Source of the DNA: Amphiscolops sp. MND2022
Taxonomy: Eukaryota
Assembly (NCBI GenBank): GCA_964187785.1
Contig: OZ076410.1
Span: forward strand, 83,452,001 to 83,516,000
Length of the DNA: 64,000 nucleotides
Direction of reading: 5' to 3'
Part shown: piece by piece, positions 11,371 to 25,163 of the stretch
Numbering within the stretch: position 1 is the first letter of the stretch
How the letters are laid out: each line of letters begins with the position of its first letter
The notes under the pieces: generated by a model
Seen by the model: the letters and a program-made list of their open reading frames with translations, nothing else
Databases searched by the model: none
Told to the model about the DNA's origin: nothing
Position numbers and translations under genes: made by a program

Positions 11371-14300
11371 ATGGGAATTCACAATTTAGCTAAACTACTG
11401 GCTGAGCGAGCTCCCAGTGCAATTAAAGAAAATGAAATGAAACTGTACTTCGGTCGCAAAGTAAGTACCTTTTGTTTGTTGACGGGAGTAGACGCCCGTG
11501 GGTTTCTCAATAGGTTTTTCAGGCTTGGCTCCGTTTCAGGACGTGACACAATACACTTTGCTCTGTTCTATAGTTTTCACTACTAGTAGATATAGGGTCC
11601 AACAAAAAAATTTAGACTGTCAAAACTGTTGCTCATGAAAAACCGTCGTTGTAATTTAGGTTGCCATTGATGCCTCTATGTGCATTTACCAATTTCTGAT
11701 CGCCGTTAGGCAGGATGGCAGTCTGTTGACCAATGAGAGCGGAGAGGTGACGTCACATTTGATGGGCACTTTCTACCGGACTATCAGAATGATCGAGAAT
11801 GGCCTCAAGCCCATCTACGTTTTTGACGGCAAACCACCTGAAATGAAAAGCCAAGAATTAAGGTTAGCGCACAAGCCCAAAAAGCACTTGATTACATTAT
11901 TTTGGAATGAAAATGACGCTGAAATCACGGACAAAAAATTGGAGCAATATCTGAATTCAATTTTCCAGGCTGAGGAACTCAAAACTTAGCGCAGTCTATG
12001 AAAGCTGGCGCATTCTACTTTTGTTGCCCTTCCAGAAGTCTTATTTGCTGCTATTTTTGCTCTATATTTCTCCGATAATTGGGAAATGAAGGCATTTCTG
12101 CTTTTTCAGTACCTCTAGAACTAGAAGTTGTAGTATGGGCAATAATTTGATCCGTTCCTACCTGAACATTATTATTTTCCGACCCACATTTTCAATGGGG
12201 GAGGAAAATCATGATCTGTTATTTTCCGACCCACATTTGCAATGGGGGAAGAAAATCATGATCTGTGTTGCGTTTTTTTCTTCCAAATTTTGCCAAAACT
12301 CCACCTTATACTAACTCCACATACTCAGCCTCCCTACTCAGCCTTACTGAGAGGAGGGAATAATATCTAAAGTAAAAATGAGAATAAGATCTAAAGGGAA
12401 TAAGATCTAAAATCACTTAATTTTAGATTTTTTTCTTTAGGTCCTATTCCCCCTCCCAAAATAGCTATGGCTCAGTTGGTAAAGGCCAAAAGGGAGGAAA
12501 ATATCCCGGTGCTTAGCGGGCGTCTTGTTACAATATACACTGCATATCCTGACGTCAATTTTTTGCACCGTTTTTGTAAATCTGTCCTCCACTTGTTGAG
12601 GTTTTCAGTCTTTATATATACGGGGACTGTTACTGACAGTGCAAGGAGGCTCTGCACCTTGCAACGAATCGACACTATCTCATCATTCAGGAATAAAATT
12701 GCCCTTCGAACACTCGGTCATCATTACCGTTGTAGACCAACAGTTTCCCTTCGCACGGTCCCATGCTTTTGCAGAGACATACGTCGATACGCGATGTTTT
12801 AGGATACACCAGGACTAAGATTGGCGGCGCACTTCTGATGAGTTCGAGTCGTGTATTAGAGGATATAGATCTCTGAAACGCCGTGTCACTCAGACCGAGT
12901 CGTCTATAAGCGCGATTGTGGAAGAGGCTCTCAATTTGACGAGGAAAATAGTTGCAATGCCTTATTTGCAGACGATTGCGATTCGGTGTTTTTTATTAAT
13001 ATCGAAATAAAAATAAAGGTATCGAATTTTATCTGTACGGGACCGTCACTGACACTGCAAGGACGCTCTGCAGCTTGCAACTTATCGACATGATCCATAT
13101 CTATTTGCTGACAAGCCCCCTTTCGCCAAAGGCTACATATTCAAATCATCGTCTTAGTTTCGATGCGCACGATCGATGTGATAGTATGATAGGGGAATAT
13201 GTAGTAGTAGCAGTAGTAGTAAAGGACTTTGTTGTGTATGGTTACATAATCATGTTGATGGAAGGTATTAATTTTATCAAAAATGATTCAGTGGCACCCA
13301 AAAACTATTTACATTAATCGCGCTCATACTCATTGCAGAAGTAGTTCCAGAAAATGATCTTCATAGATCTTCTGAAGCTTTCATGACTGTCTTCGTTCAC
13401 GCTAAATTTATTCGAGAGACAGTTTGCTCGAAACTTTCATTGCTCTAACGAAGTAGAAATAATTTGTTGATTTCAATCGTGTACTCTTCTCGGGAAACAT
13501 TGTCGTCGTGGAAGCTCTAAATCATTTGAAAGACTCTTTATTGACAATCGGAAGATGGGTTTGTAGCTCTGAGCCCAACTGTCCGTTGATTATCATGTTC
13601 GACAGTAGAACGTCGTATAACTGAAGCAACGAGGAAACAGGCAGTAAATTGCATTTTAGGAGTCGAGTTCAGTAATCTGACTCAGGGTATATCCATTTAG
13701 TTACTGTGGATTGAAAGCTTTCGAGTTTTTTTAGATTCGGAGAGAATATAGCAGAACCATAATATAATATAATATCGGATTATAATATATCTTTTGAAAC
13801 TCTTAGAGATTCTATCAGCAATATGAATTGTCCATGTGAGGTAATGACAAAACTTAACACAGATCAGTCACAGGTTTAAAAGTGAAGGACAAGTCAGTGC
13901 CACCAAAAACTGGTATTGGCTGTTCTTCGAGGTTGTTTTTCCGGGTAAACCGGATGAAAAAGATCTTGTCCAGGTTGAAGTCCATTTTTTTTCCAGTCCA
14001 AGTGAAAATTAAGAGTAGTAATGGACCAACTATTGACCCTTGCGGAACTCCACTTCATCTTGGTTGTGTTCACCTGAAGTTTCTCGCCTTTTCTCCGTTG
14101 CCTCGTTTCGTTTGCAGTACCTTAGCTTGCAGTATCTGCACTCTGTATGTCAACTTCGAACATCGACTCAGCCACGTTGAAGCAGTTTCCACAGCACCAG
14201 AAATGTTCGGTGATATCTTGAAGCTTCCGTGTCGTACTTAGCTCATTCCCACGCAATCGATCTGAAACGGCCTGTCGCAACTGTCACTCCCAATCACAGT

Positions 14301-17300
14301 TCGTTTCTGTCCGTGCACTTGCCGAAAACTTTCTTCCTGCAGCTGTTATAACTTTGCTACTCCTTTTCCATGATCATTTTGTTGAACCTCTTCAAGCCCC
14401 TTCAGTAAACTAAAATTAGGTATGTCGCTCAAAGAACCAGAATCGAGCAATTCAAAACCGGAAGCTTTGTCTGTCTAAACTTGCTGTGGCTAGTTGCCTT
14501 TTTTAGTCGGCACTTTTCCATTAAGGGAAAAATGCCCGACTGGCAGTGACTGTTTTTAGTCGGCGCCTTTTCCCTTAAGGAAAAAAGCCCGACTCTTACA
14601 GTGAGTAGTTTTTTTTGTTTTTTTTTTCAGTTGACAATCTCACTCTGAGTGGTCCACTTTTCTTACAATCTTTGTTCACATTTGTTCAACTAATTTTCTG
14701 AGAAGCAGGAGATCGTGGGTTCGATTCTCGCACTAAACCACAAATTTTTTTATGCTTCCAAAAGTAGATGCGAGACCAAAGGTTTGTTTCGTTTCGTTTT
14801 TTTGTTTGGTTTTTTTTCGGCACTATGCGACTTTTTTTTCGAAAATTTACGGATTCTATCAAAGGGTACCCCTTGCATTTTTTTGAAGTTTTCGGTTTGT
14901 AAAAACGTTTAATGAGCCTGAATGGCCTCTTTTTGAGTTTTTCGGCATTGTGCGACTTAAAAAATAATTGTTTCGAAAAAAAAATTTTTGAAAAAAATTA
15001 ATTTTTTGCAAATGTTTCCAATAGTTGTTCCTTGAATATTTCTGAGCCTTAGATATGGCGCCGACTTGAGACGATCCCGTCTTGTTTTTTCTTCAGACTA
15101 CAATCCTCACACTGATCGGTCCACTTTTTAGAAACAATCCTGAAACCACCTGCGCACCTGAGGCCAAGTCCGGCCAGGGGAGACTTAGTCCAAAGGGTCC
15201 CCCCTTTCATTTTTTCACTTTTTCAAGGAAACCTACAAAACCGGACGTGCCTAAAGGGTCCCCCTTTGGATTTTTTTCGGCACTGTGCGACTTTTTTTCG
15301 AAAAAGTTTTTAATGTCTCAAGAGGGTCCCCCCTTCGAGTTTTTTTCGTATTTTGCAACTGAATGTATGTTAATAAATCCCAAAGGGTCCCCCCTCTACA
15401 TTTTTCGGCACTATGCGACTTTTTTTGAAAGAAATAAACTACAAAACCGGACGTGCCTAAAGGGCCCCCCTTTGGATTTTTTTCGGCACTGTGCGACTTT
15501 TTTTCGAAAAAGTTTTTAATGTCTCAAGAGGGTCCCCCCTTCGAGTTTTTTTCGTATTTTGCAACTGAATGTATGTTAATAAATCCCAAAGGGTCCCCCC
15601 TCTACATTTTTCGGCACTATGCGACTTTTTTTGAAAGAATTTTTTTTTCAAAAATTACAAGTTTCTTTCCAAAAAAATGTTTTGCGCTTTTTGAGCCTTA
15701 GATATGGCGCCTACTTTAGACGTTCTCGTCTTGTTTATTCTTTTCGTCGTTCTTTGTGATACTTTGATCTTGTTCTCAATTTTCTGAGTGATTACTGTGA
15801 GAACTTTTGAGTCGCCGCGAATTTTTCAGACTTCGTCGAATTTCCTCAGATTTTAGTCAGTGTTTCTTGAAATTGAACGCGGCTGTTATAGTGGCTTTTC
15901 TTCGGGTTTTCTTCTCAATCCGGTCGAAGTGACCTAAGAATATCTACAATACGCGTTAGATCTGGAGAGGACCAAAAGGTTTCTAAGGATCATCCCTTTA
16001 TATTTTGGCATTTTTCATCAAACGACAATGCTATGTAATGGGTTTTTAGCACTGTCGACTTTTGTTGGAATACTTTTTATTCCGCAAGTCCTCCCTTCGA
16101 TTTTCAGGAGTCCGAAAGTATTTTCGACTACATGTGCAATCGTGAGGTTTTTTCTCCCAACCTTTCAATGAAAATTTCATATTTCTCAAAAACTGTCCAT
16201 ACTATTTTCACAGTCATTGTACACCCAAAGATGCTCGTGCACGCAACAGCCATTTTTAGACTTTTTTCCTTCTCAAAAACTGCCCATACGATTTGAATGA
16301 AATTTTCTACAGTCATTTTACACCATTATAGAGTTCTATACAATAGTGTAAGAAAAAAACTGAACCTTTATTTGTAAGAAATAATTTGGACTGCATGTAA
16401 ATAAAGCTACCATGTTACATGGGGATTTTTTTCGTTCTCTATTTTACTCATGAATTTAAGGGACTGGAAAGACCAATTGAATGTTTGAGATTATAGGTAC
16501 AATCGCCTTAATTAGCAGGTTCTCCTGATACAAATTCTATCGGTAAAAATCTAAAACCGAAAACATAATCCCTAATCTTTGCTAAGAATAGCTGTCTCTC
16601 ACGTATTAGTGAGTGAAATGAAATAGTAGAAAACCCTTATCAAAAACTATACAATACCAATTATCTTGATGTAAATTAGTTGAATGTCTTCAGGAAATGA
16701 GGAAGTACCTGCCAAATAAACAAAAGTTCCAAATTTAGCTCAAAAATGACCAAAAAACAGCCATTTTTCTGAAAAACTGTCCATACGGTTTGAACGAAAT
16801 TTTATACAGTCATTTTACACCAAATTAGTCCTATATGTGCATTGGCTTGAAAATCGTATGACTGGGATGTGAGAAACATAGCCAAAATTAACCCAAAAAT
16901 GGCCAAAAAACAGCAATTCTTGGACTTTTTTATTTTTTTCAAAAACAGTCCATCCGATTCGAACAAATGTTCTACAGTCATTCCACTGCATATTAAGGTC
17001 CTATATGTGCAATTTTATGAAAATCGTATGACCGGGGTTCGAGCGAGTCAGAAGGAAGTAGACCTAAGCCGACTCCTTTACCGCACATGCGGCTCTTGTT
17101 TGGATAGTTTCAGTCAGAAAATCACCTATTTGGTGTCCAAAGTGTCTTTTTATTTTTTTCGTCGTTGAGATTTTCGTGGATAGTTTTTATTCTAGTAAGG
17201 GTTTTCGCTTTGTTTTTTTAGGTCTTTTAGTTAGAAAAAACAACTTTTCAAGCCCAAATGGTTCTCCCCTCGAAGTGTAATATTTCGGATTTTTTGGAAA

Positions 17301-20300
17301 AAATCTCAATTCCCGGTTTGTTACCTTCCGCGAGGAGACTGAATGACACCTGACGTCAAGTATAAGGTTGCCAGACTTCTTCAACTTGTTGAAATTGTCC
17401 GGTCAGGTTTTGGAATTGTTTGTCTGGAGTTGATATTGATGCAATATCGTGTCAGACGATGCGTTTTCCCGAGGAGCTCTCGGCTAGTATGAGGCAGCTT
17501 CAATTGCTTGCTAGTGGTTTTAAGAGCTGGTTCCTAGAAGGAGCAATTGACTGATGGTAGAAGTTGAAGGGATGAAAGCGGAGATGTCTTAGAACAGGGA
17601 TTTTTCTTGAAACTATTCTTAAAAATCAGTTTAGCACCGTCTCATTTTCGTTGGAGATATTCATGTGGCTGGCAAAGCAAAACACCCGACAGAGAGCACG
17701 GAGTTCAACCGACTGCCTTGGAAATTATTGCCAGGCTCGAATCCAAGCTCAGCGCATAGACCTACGTTTCTCGCGGGTTTTACGAGCTATATAAGTACGA
17801 AATTAACCTTACTCCGTGCCCTGCGAGTAATATGACGAGCAAGGTCGTGAAATGTGGTATGACGCTATAAACGGACTATTTTGCTCTATGAACACTTTTA
17901 AAGGTTTTTAAATAATACCGTGGAACCGTTATCGACGCTTTGAGGAGGCTTTCGGCCGTATGTGACTACTAACTTCCCTCTACGTGCCCTCTTCGCAACA
18001 TGAACTTTTTGACATGTTTTTGATTGGAAACTAAGACAGTTTGAGTACACACGGTCCTCTTGATGTTATCGAAATACTCTCAAAAACAGTATTCTCTCCT
18101 GATCGGTTGTTTTCTATCACGTTCACAAAATAGTTTTTTTTGTCTCTAAAGTTTTCTGGAAGAGCAGGGATAAGAAACCCTTTCTGTGCCTGTCGTGGTT
18201 GAATCAGGCCATCCAATTGTAATAAGTGATTTAAACTATTGAGTAAAATGTTATTCTTCATTTCGTATCCAATCGATCGTATCATGAGTTGTTTTTTTTC
18301 TCCAGTAAACGAACGGGACGTCGTGAAGAAGCAGAGGCTGCTCTCAAGAAGGCCGAAGAAGAGGGCAACGTTGAAGATATCAATAAGTTCAACAAGCGGC
18401 TGGTGAAGGTCACCAGGGAGCACAACGAAGAGTGCAAGAAGCTGCTCACTCTCATGGGCGTGCCAGTTGTGTCTGCCCCATGTGAGGCTGAGGCTCAGTG
18501 TGCGGAACTGGTCAAGTCCGGAAAGGTTAAGCCCGTACATTGTCGCGTATCTCATCTTTTTTTATTGAATCTTGTTTTTCTCATCGTTAACAACTCCTGG
18601 CTTCTTAAGGTTAGCATAACTTAATACTTAAATGATTCGCTTCTGCTGCTCTGAAAACTGATGTTTCACACGTTAGTGCTTAGTTTGAAAAATCCGGTGT
18701 TGATGGTGGACTTGATCACTTAAGTGAAAGCGGACAAAGCAACAATTAGTTCGAAAACGAAATGAACAAAGGCGTGGGAGTTTTATGAATCAAAGTTCAA
18801 ATTCTTTTGCAACAATTCTTGTAACAGAAAAAATATACTCCCGTTGGTTCACAGTAGCTTCCGTATTGCCGTTTTGCATTGTAAGTTTTGCAAATTCCGC
18901 GAAAGTTCTTGATTTTAATCCAAGATCTGAGATATATCGGATGTCATTTCGATGTGTCCTTGTTTTGTGGAATATTTTCTTATTCTGTCTCAATCAGATT
19001 AGTTTCCAACATGGAACTCTTCAGCCGGTTGTCGAGTATTCTCTCGCAGTATGGAAGTAGTTATGGGAAGTTGTGCGCCAACCTTCGGTACCCGGGGAAA
19101 AAGGCAACCGGATGCCAGTTAATTGTAACTGATGATTTCCATTGTAAAAATTGAATTGAGAAAAATTTGAATTTCAAATGCACACTTACAAAGCAAATCA
19201 ATCTGTTCAAACAAATAATTGAAGCAAAATTGGCCTATTCATCGTTTTCATCTAAAGTTCGCGAACGCTCGCAAATGAATCAACACGTTCTCAAATGTTT
19301 AGCTACTTTAATTTGCATGTTTTTTTTCATTTCTTAAATATCAGTGGCGCTTGGAACAAAAAACTCAAGTCATCTCTTTCATGTACTTTCTGCATCATTG
19401 AATCTTTTTTTAAATTCCGTAGAAGCAACCATATGTTTGGATGGGAACCAGCAAAATAGGCTTGAAGCCCAAAATGCCATCCTTCTACGCTGTTGGTTGT
19501 TCTTTTTACGCCTACGTTTTTACTTTCCCTTTAAACGATTGCGTCATGTGAAAGTAGCAGCATGATGTTTGCATCGAGCTTTTTTTCACTCAATCCCGCT
19601 TTCTCAAAATCTGCAACGCTATCTGGTTTTGCGTTTGTTTCATCGTAGAGCATTTGTAGCATTAGGGAATTTGTCTTCTGTTTTGTTGGGTAGCAGCAAA
19701 TAAATGCAAGGGGGAGCGGAACCTTTCAACTCAAATTGTTTCGTTATCGCCTTTTCCGCTGTCTTTCAGAAGAAATATTTTGAACTAGTCGGGAATGACA
19801 AAAAGGCGATCAATGGGGGTGGGGTTGTCAATTCTATTCTCTTTGTCGCTTGTGGCAAGCTGTTCTGATCAAGTTTTTTTTCGGCAATGAAAGCTGGACT
19901 GTCTATTCGTCAGATATTACCGCAACTTAACTTTTGCTACAGTTGGTGTCAATTACTCTGATTTCTGCTGAATTCGGTCGACAACTTCTTTCATCTTAAT
20001 TTCGGAAGGGTCACTTTCATGCATGTGATGGTCTTTAAAACTAACCATGTGGTGGTTTGTCTGCCAAAACGGCTGGTTATTCGATTGAATAATTTTTCGT
20101 GCAATCTCCAATCGAATTCAGTGAATTCTTGAAAACATTTTGGTAGGTGCGAAAAACAACTTTTCTGAAATCCTGAGAAAATCGAAACTTCCCCGAATGG
20201 CGTCGTATTCAATGCAACTCGATGTAACTTGTTTTTGATTGCAACAACAACCGTTTATGTACGGCGATGATGCCCACTGTTTGATTTTTTAATTTGAATG

Positions 20301-23300
20301 AACATGTTTTGAGCTTTAAGGTTATTGGACTTGCTGTGTGGTAAGGTTACAATTCAGTCGACTTCGCTATTGATACTACGAAAACATTCCATGTAATTAT
20401 CGCTATTCATAGCGTGAAACGTTATTGTTAGTTGCCACACTCTTTTCATAGCATTACTAAATACAATAGAGGTTTTCATAAGTAGCAGTGTTTGAGTGAT
20501 TAGGTGGATATGTGACAGGTTGAAGGTGTGAATTGATGAAATTACAAGCGATTGAAATTGTGAACGATTGAATTGGCAGCGAGTTGAAATTGCATAGGAC
20601 GAAATGTCCTAACTCCTCCTGAGGGATCTTACTTCTTTTCTAAGTTGTCAGCTGATCCGTCTAGAACGTGGTCTTCCACAGGTCAATAACTGAGCTACCG
20701 TTGACAGCGTTAAAAGTGTTTTCGCCATTGTTTAGTATGTTCATCTGCTGGTATTCAATATAAGGCGCCAGACTTCCACCACTGATGGCGCCACCATTGT
20801 TGGCGAATCTCCCCATAAAGTTCTTGTGTTAAGATATACGAAGAGAACTTCTTCCACGTTATTTCTTTTGCAAACTCAATTGCATTTACGAATGTAATGG
20901 TAAATTCTTCCTTTTTGTTGGCAGCGCTTGTCGTATATACGCCGTAGCAAGGATAGATTATTTGAGGTATTGTACTGCACACCAAATGCAGTCCAAATTT
21001 TCATTTTTTAATTCAGTTATTTTTAGCAACTGGTGTTTTTCGGCTCAGACAGGGATATACCACGTTGATTTTGTCCTCTGTATCTCCAGAAAGTGCGGTG
21101 ATTGATGAAAGAGTCTTCAGGTACTTGTTACTTGGTTTCGTTCATAGTAGTGAAGTCAGGTTTCTGATCTCCGAGATATTTATTTCTTCAGAGTTCCTAT
21201 CAGCCAACGCTTTAGAGTAGTCAAGTCTCTTGTAAGTGCCTAGGAATGAGAACATTTTTTGGTGATGGACTTTCCTTGTGTGGTTTAGGTAAGCTGCGCA
21301 GTTAGGATCGTTTGCTGCGTGTCTTGAAAGGCAGTTTTCACAGTTGGATTCTTCTGTGTTGCAGTCCCAGTGCTGTGATTTTTCACAGATTTCCCTCATT
21401 TCAGTACGCTTTTACATGTTTTGTCTACATGCCCGTAGTTCTGGCAGTTATAGCATCTGACTATTGGCTTTCCTCCTCAATGAACTCACTGGCTCGAAAG
21501 TTTTGATCGTTCAGAAACTCGTGATGACTCTCCGTGTCGTTGCGGTTGGGATAATGATTTTTGACTGCAACAAGGGTGCTTTTGTCTTTTTACACAAATC
21601 CACGAGCAGTTGCATCGGGGAAGCTTTCTTGTAATGCATTCATACTGGAGTCCGTAAAAACGTTTTCCTTTGGGACATCTTTGGTGATAATGGAGTGATT
21701 CTTCTACAGTTTTCGTGGTCTCCTACAAGTCGTTCATGTCCCTCTGAAGGTTGACTTCAATGCTTTGTCATTTTTTTGGAATCTTTGTGTGTTGCGAATC
21801 CAAACGAAAATGTCCCCTCGTTGTTCTGGAAGAATAATTTTTGGGAATGCTTCGGAGAAACTGCGTTTGATGTCTGTGCTGCTGTTAAAGAACGGATCTG
21901 CGTTCTCGATTAGAAGCACCGCTGTTACATCTCTCTATTGCTCTATTTCAGTTACCACATGAGGGGTTCTTGACGCAACTGTAACATATGTTGATGCCAT
22001 TTTTTCAACTGCACTTTGACAGCTGATTTTTGATACCACTCCGTGGGCGACATTATTGATAGATGGAAGTAGCACGGATAGGTCTTTTGATCGCTTGCGG
22101 ATGCTCTCTCGCTAATATAGTGGAACCAACGATTGCAAGCAGCACATTCGATGGCTCTGGTTCCTGATGTAACTGTTGTTACATCGGTCACAGTCGTCAT
22201 TTTGTTGATGTCAGTCGATAAACCGGTTCAATCTTTTTAGGGGCGTCTTGGCTATAATGTGCAACTGCTGCTCCAAGGGTAAAACAAGAGCTTGAGCTGA
22301 CTTAACAATTTAGCAATCCTTTTCGGATGTTCTTTTTCGTGTCTTCATGCCTTGCTGCAATACCAGACAGTAGAGGTTAGTGGACTGGACTTCCTCAGAA
22401 TTCCTGTGATGAAATTTCGTTCCAACGTAGGCTAGGGGTGAAGTTTCCGAATTTAGTAATTGACTGTAGGTGTCCTGTGATTGCGTTTTGTTTAGAAGCA
22501 TTTTCTTGACGTCAACGGTAAGTATATTCAGCGTTCTCATTTCATCAAATATGCTTGGAAAGTCCCAGGCCTTCGACAGTAAATAATAGCTGCGAATTTC
22601 TGAGAAGGATTTGTAAGGATTTCCAATACCGGTTCAACCGTGAGGTTGGTTTCCGTTTGATTTGTGGGGGGGGGGGTAATATGCCATTGTTGATCGTCCT
22701 TCCAGCAGACTCAAAACGATTTTTCTCAAAGTATTTTTCCAGTAAAAGTCCAAGGTTAACTCCAAGGTCCTGAGTTTTTTGCTTGGGGGTTGCGAGACAA
22801 TCCGGCGATAGCTGTAGATTTATTATAAACAGAAGCACGTCCTAATAAGTAAAGACTGGTTAGAGTGAACTCGCTCCCATTAGGTAAACCATAAGAAATA
22901 GAACGAACTAACGATTTGTCGATTGTTGTGGAGACGAAAATGGTGTTTCGAACCAACCAACTTCGTTTTGAGGCGACCATTGCCAGTCAGGGTTTCGCCA
23001 GACAATAACTTATCTAAGTTCATCACAATAATTAGGCTAGATTCAAAGATCTAGTTATTCGCCACATCGTTAAAAAAATACTGATGTAGCAATATTGGAA
23101 GTATTTTGTATTTTAAACGGGAACAAGCCAAGAACGGCATAAGTAGACGCCATATCTAAGGCTCAAAAAGAGCAAAAGAACTCCAAAGTGTCAAGTATTC
23201 TCTTACAGTACCCGAGAAACCTAAAAGTTAGACCGAAGTGGCGCTAAAAGGGGGACACCTTCGGATTTTTCACCATCCATTCTGTGGCGAAACGTCAAAA

Positions 23301-25163
23301 AGGATTGAATGGGGACCCTTTGGTGGAGAAAAAAATTGAAAAAGAATCTCACAATGCCGAAAAATGAAAGGACCTTTAGTCTTGCCCGGTACTTTATGTT
23401 GCGCTGAAAAAAAAGGAAAACTCTTTTGTTCAAGTTCCTTGAGCCAAATGGTCCAATTTGACACCTTAAAGTTTCGTAGAACTTTTAAGAACTATTTTGG
23501 TCAGTTTGTGTGGATTGAAAAAGGGCGAAGCGCCGACTAAAAGAGACAATACCATATAATTTTTCGTTGCATTATAAAGTATTCATAGTTTCGCCGATTG
23601 TATGTTGTGCGTTTTTCGGGTGGGCATAAATGTTCATTGGTTATTTTGTAATTTGGTTTGCAGGCTTTTGCAATTGGAACGGAGGACATGGACGGTTTGA
23701 CGTTTGGAGCTTCAGTTCTTCTCAGACATCTCACTGCCAGTGAATCGAAGAAACTTCCCATCAAAGAGTTCAATTATAACAAGGTTATTTCATTTGACTG
23801 AATCGGATTGAATATTGTCTCATTGAACAGATTTATTTTACATAGAAGTTGATAGTAGCGAGAGATGTTTAGTTCAGCATAAATTATAGGTCTTTTCTTT
23901 CAGATTTTAGAGGAGTTGCAACTGAACCGAGACGAATTCATCGATCTTTGTATCCTCATGGGATGTGACTATTGTGAATCGATCAAAGGTATTGGTCAGA
24001 AGAAAGCACTGGATTTGATCACGCAATACAGGTCTATCGAGAAAATCGTCGAGAACATTGGTAAATTTTTTCACAACCTTTTTTTTAAGTCGGCGCTGTT
24101 TGGAAAAAAATGCGGCTATTATTGTTGTTTGATTTTTACCCTGTTGAAGAGACCAAAAGTCTACAAAAGGGTTTATCATAAGATAGAACAAAATAGGCCC
24201 CTCCGGGGCACACTATTATTCCTGCTTTATACCTTCATTAATAAAAGAATCATATCTGGAATACCAACTCCTGTTTAATCATTATTTAGCGCACAATCAA
24301 ACGATGCTGGCTATGTGAACCACAAAATCGGTACCGAAAAGTCGGAGTTTTAACTTCTGAACAAGGCGCTGAAAAAATTTTTCTTGGCATTCAAAATCTT
24401 CAATTATGGAAGCTGCGAATCTTCAGCAAAAATTTCTTATTCAGTTTTATTAGTCACTCATGGCCAAAACCGGACAAGCAAATCAAAACAAAGACAAGTA
24501 GGCATCAAAGTTTAAACGTTAATTGGGTAATCAAGGTGAGACGCTTTTGTATAACTATGGTTTTGAAATGAATGTGGGGTGACATGATTTTGGGGTGAAA
24601 TGAACGCATATCCTACAATAAGCTTATGACCCAGAAAGGATCAAAGGAGTTCAAATTCTTGTTCGCTTTAATTTTTATGTAAATAAATTTGACAGTTTTC
24701 GGCACTGTGTGAAAAAAGTTTTCTCGCTTTGATTTTTTGATGTAGAGTGGATGGTCTGATGAATCAAACGAAGACTGCTACGGAAATCTTTTATATTTTA
24801 GATAAAACAAAGTACCCTTTGCCCGATCCCTGGCCATACAGGGATGCCAGGCGTCTTTTCCAAACTCCGGAGGTAACCTCCGGAAGTGAGCTGGACGTAA
24901 CAATGCCTGACGTGGATGAAGAAGGATTAGTACAGTTCATGGTTCATGAAAAGGGTTTCGCCGAAGACAGGATTCGAAACGGTGCTAAAAAACTCCTCAA
25001 AGCACGATCGGGAACTCAACAGATCCGACTTGACTCTTTCTTCAAATCGGCTCCAATTGTGAAACCAGCTGCAAGTCCCAAAGTCAAGCAAGAAAAAGGT
25101 GTGAAAGGCACCCCGAAAGCAAAACTGTCCAAAGTTACCAAGAAATCAATCAAGGGCAAATGA
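11371..25163 (+). CDS. FEN1: Flap endonuclease 1 (XPG/RAD2 family), 6 coding exons, 383 aa
   Basis: Exons 11371-11460, 11660-11862, 18306-18525, 23664-23783, 23904-24060, 24802-25163 total 1152 nt in frame with GT-AG junctions. Motifs [53 protein letters not shown]...IKGIG, and a C-terminal PIP-box QIRLDSFF. Confidence 0.97.
12352..12455. repeat. Miniature inverted-repeat element with GGAATAAGATCTAA motifs, related to the 8588-9534 MITE
   Basis: Three forward motif copies and inverted remnants at the right end; lies in FEN1 intron 2. Confidence 0.4.
12618..13097 (+). repeat. Pair of diverged ~60-bp direct repeats (~12618-12680 and ~13035-13097)
   Basis: tacggggactgttactgacagtgcaaggaggctctgcaccttgcaac vs tacgggaccgtcactgacactgcaaggacgctctgcagcttgcaac. 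Confidence 0.5.
13201..14060 (-). mobile_element. 3' fragment of a CR1/L2-type LINE in FEN1 intron 2
   Basis: Minus-strand [13 protein letters not shown], then ..[19 protein letters not shown]-type RT C-terminus, ending in a (TAC)n tail at 13201-13221. Confidence 0.7.
14740..15735. repeat. Dispersed repeat with CGGCACT(A/G)TGCGACTTTTT and AAGGGTCCCCC motifs, including a ~206-bp tandem duplication (15233-15438 / 15439-~15638)
   Basis: Near-identical tandem units read directly; ends in the family terminal motif. Related sequence in opposite orientation at ~23120-23420. Confidence 0.65.
16120..17100. repeat. Dispersed repeat family with AAAACTGTCCATACG motifs and a CGACTCCTTTACCGCACATGCGGCTC end; another copy at ~34790-35055
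   Basis: Shared motifs visible at both loci. Confidence 0.5.
19600..23050 (-). mobile_element. Heavily degraded LINE (ORF1 with PHD-like and CCHC motifs, ORF2 remnants) filling FEN1 intron 3
   Basis: Minus-strand [10 protein letters not shown] (~22120-22150), [15 protein letters not shown] knuckle (~21300-21345), RT-like YLTNRQ (~19895-19915); many stops and frameshifts; boundaries approximate. Confidence 0.55.

Noticed and set aside
14700-14740. tRNA gene (GGGTTCGATTC B-box-like; similar at ~17735)
   Set aside because: No A box, acceptor stem or cloverleaf could be built; at most a SINE-like remnant.
15082-15701. ORFs of 145 and 82 aa with repeated KGPP/FF motifs
   Set aside because: Translations of the tandem non-coding repeat.
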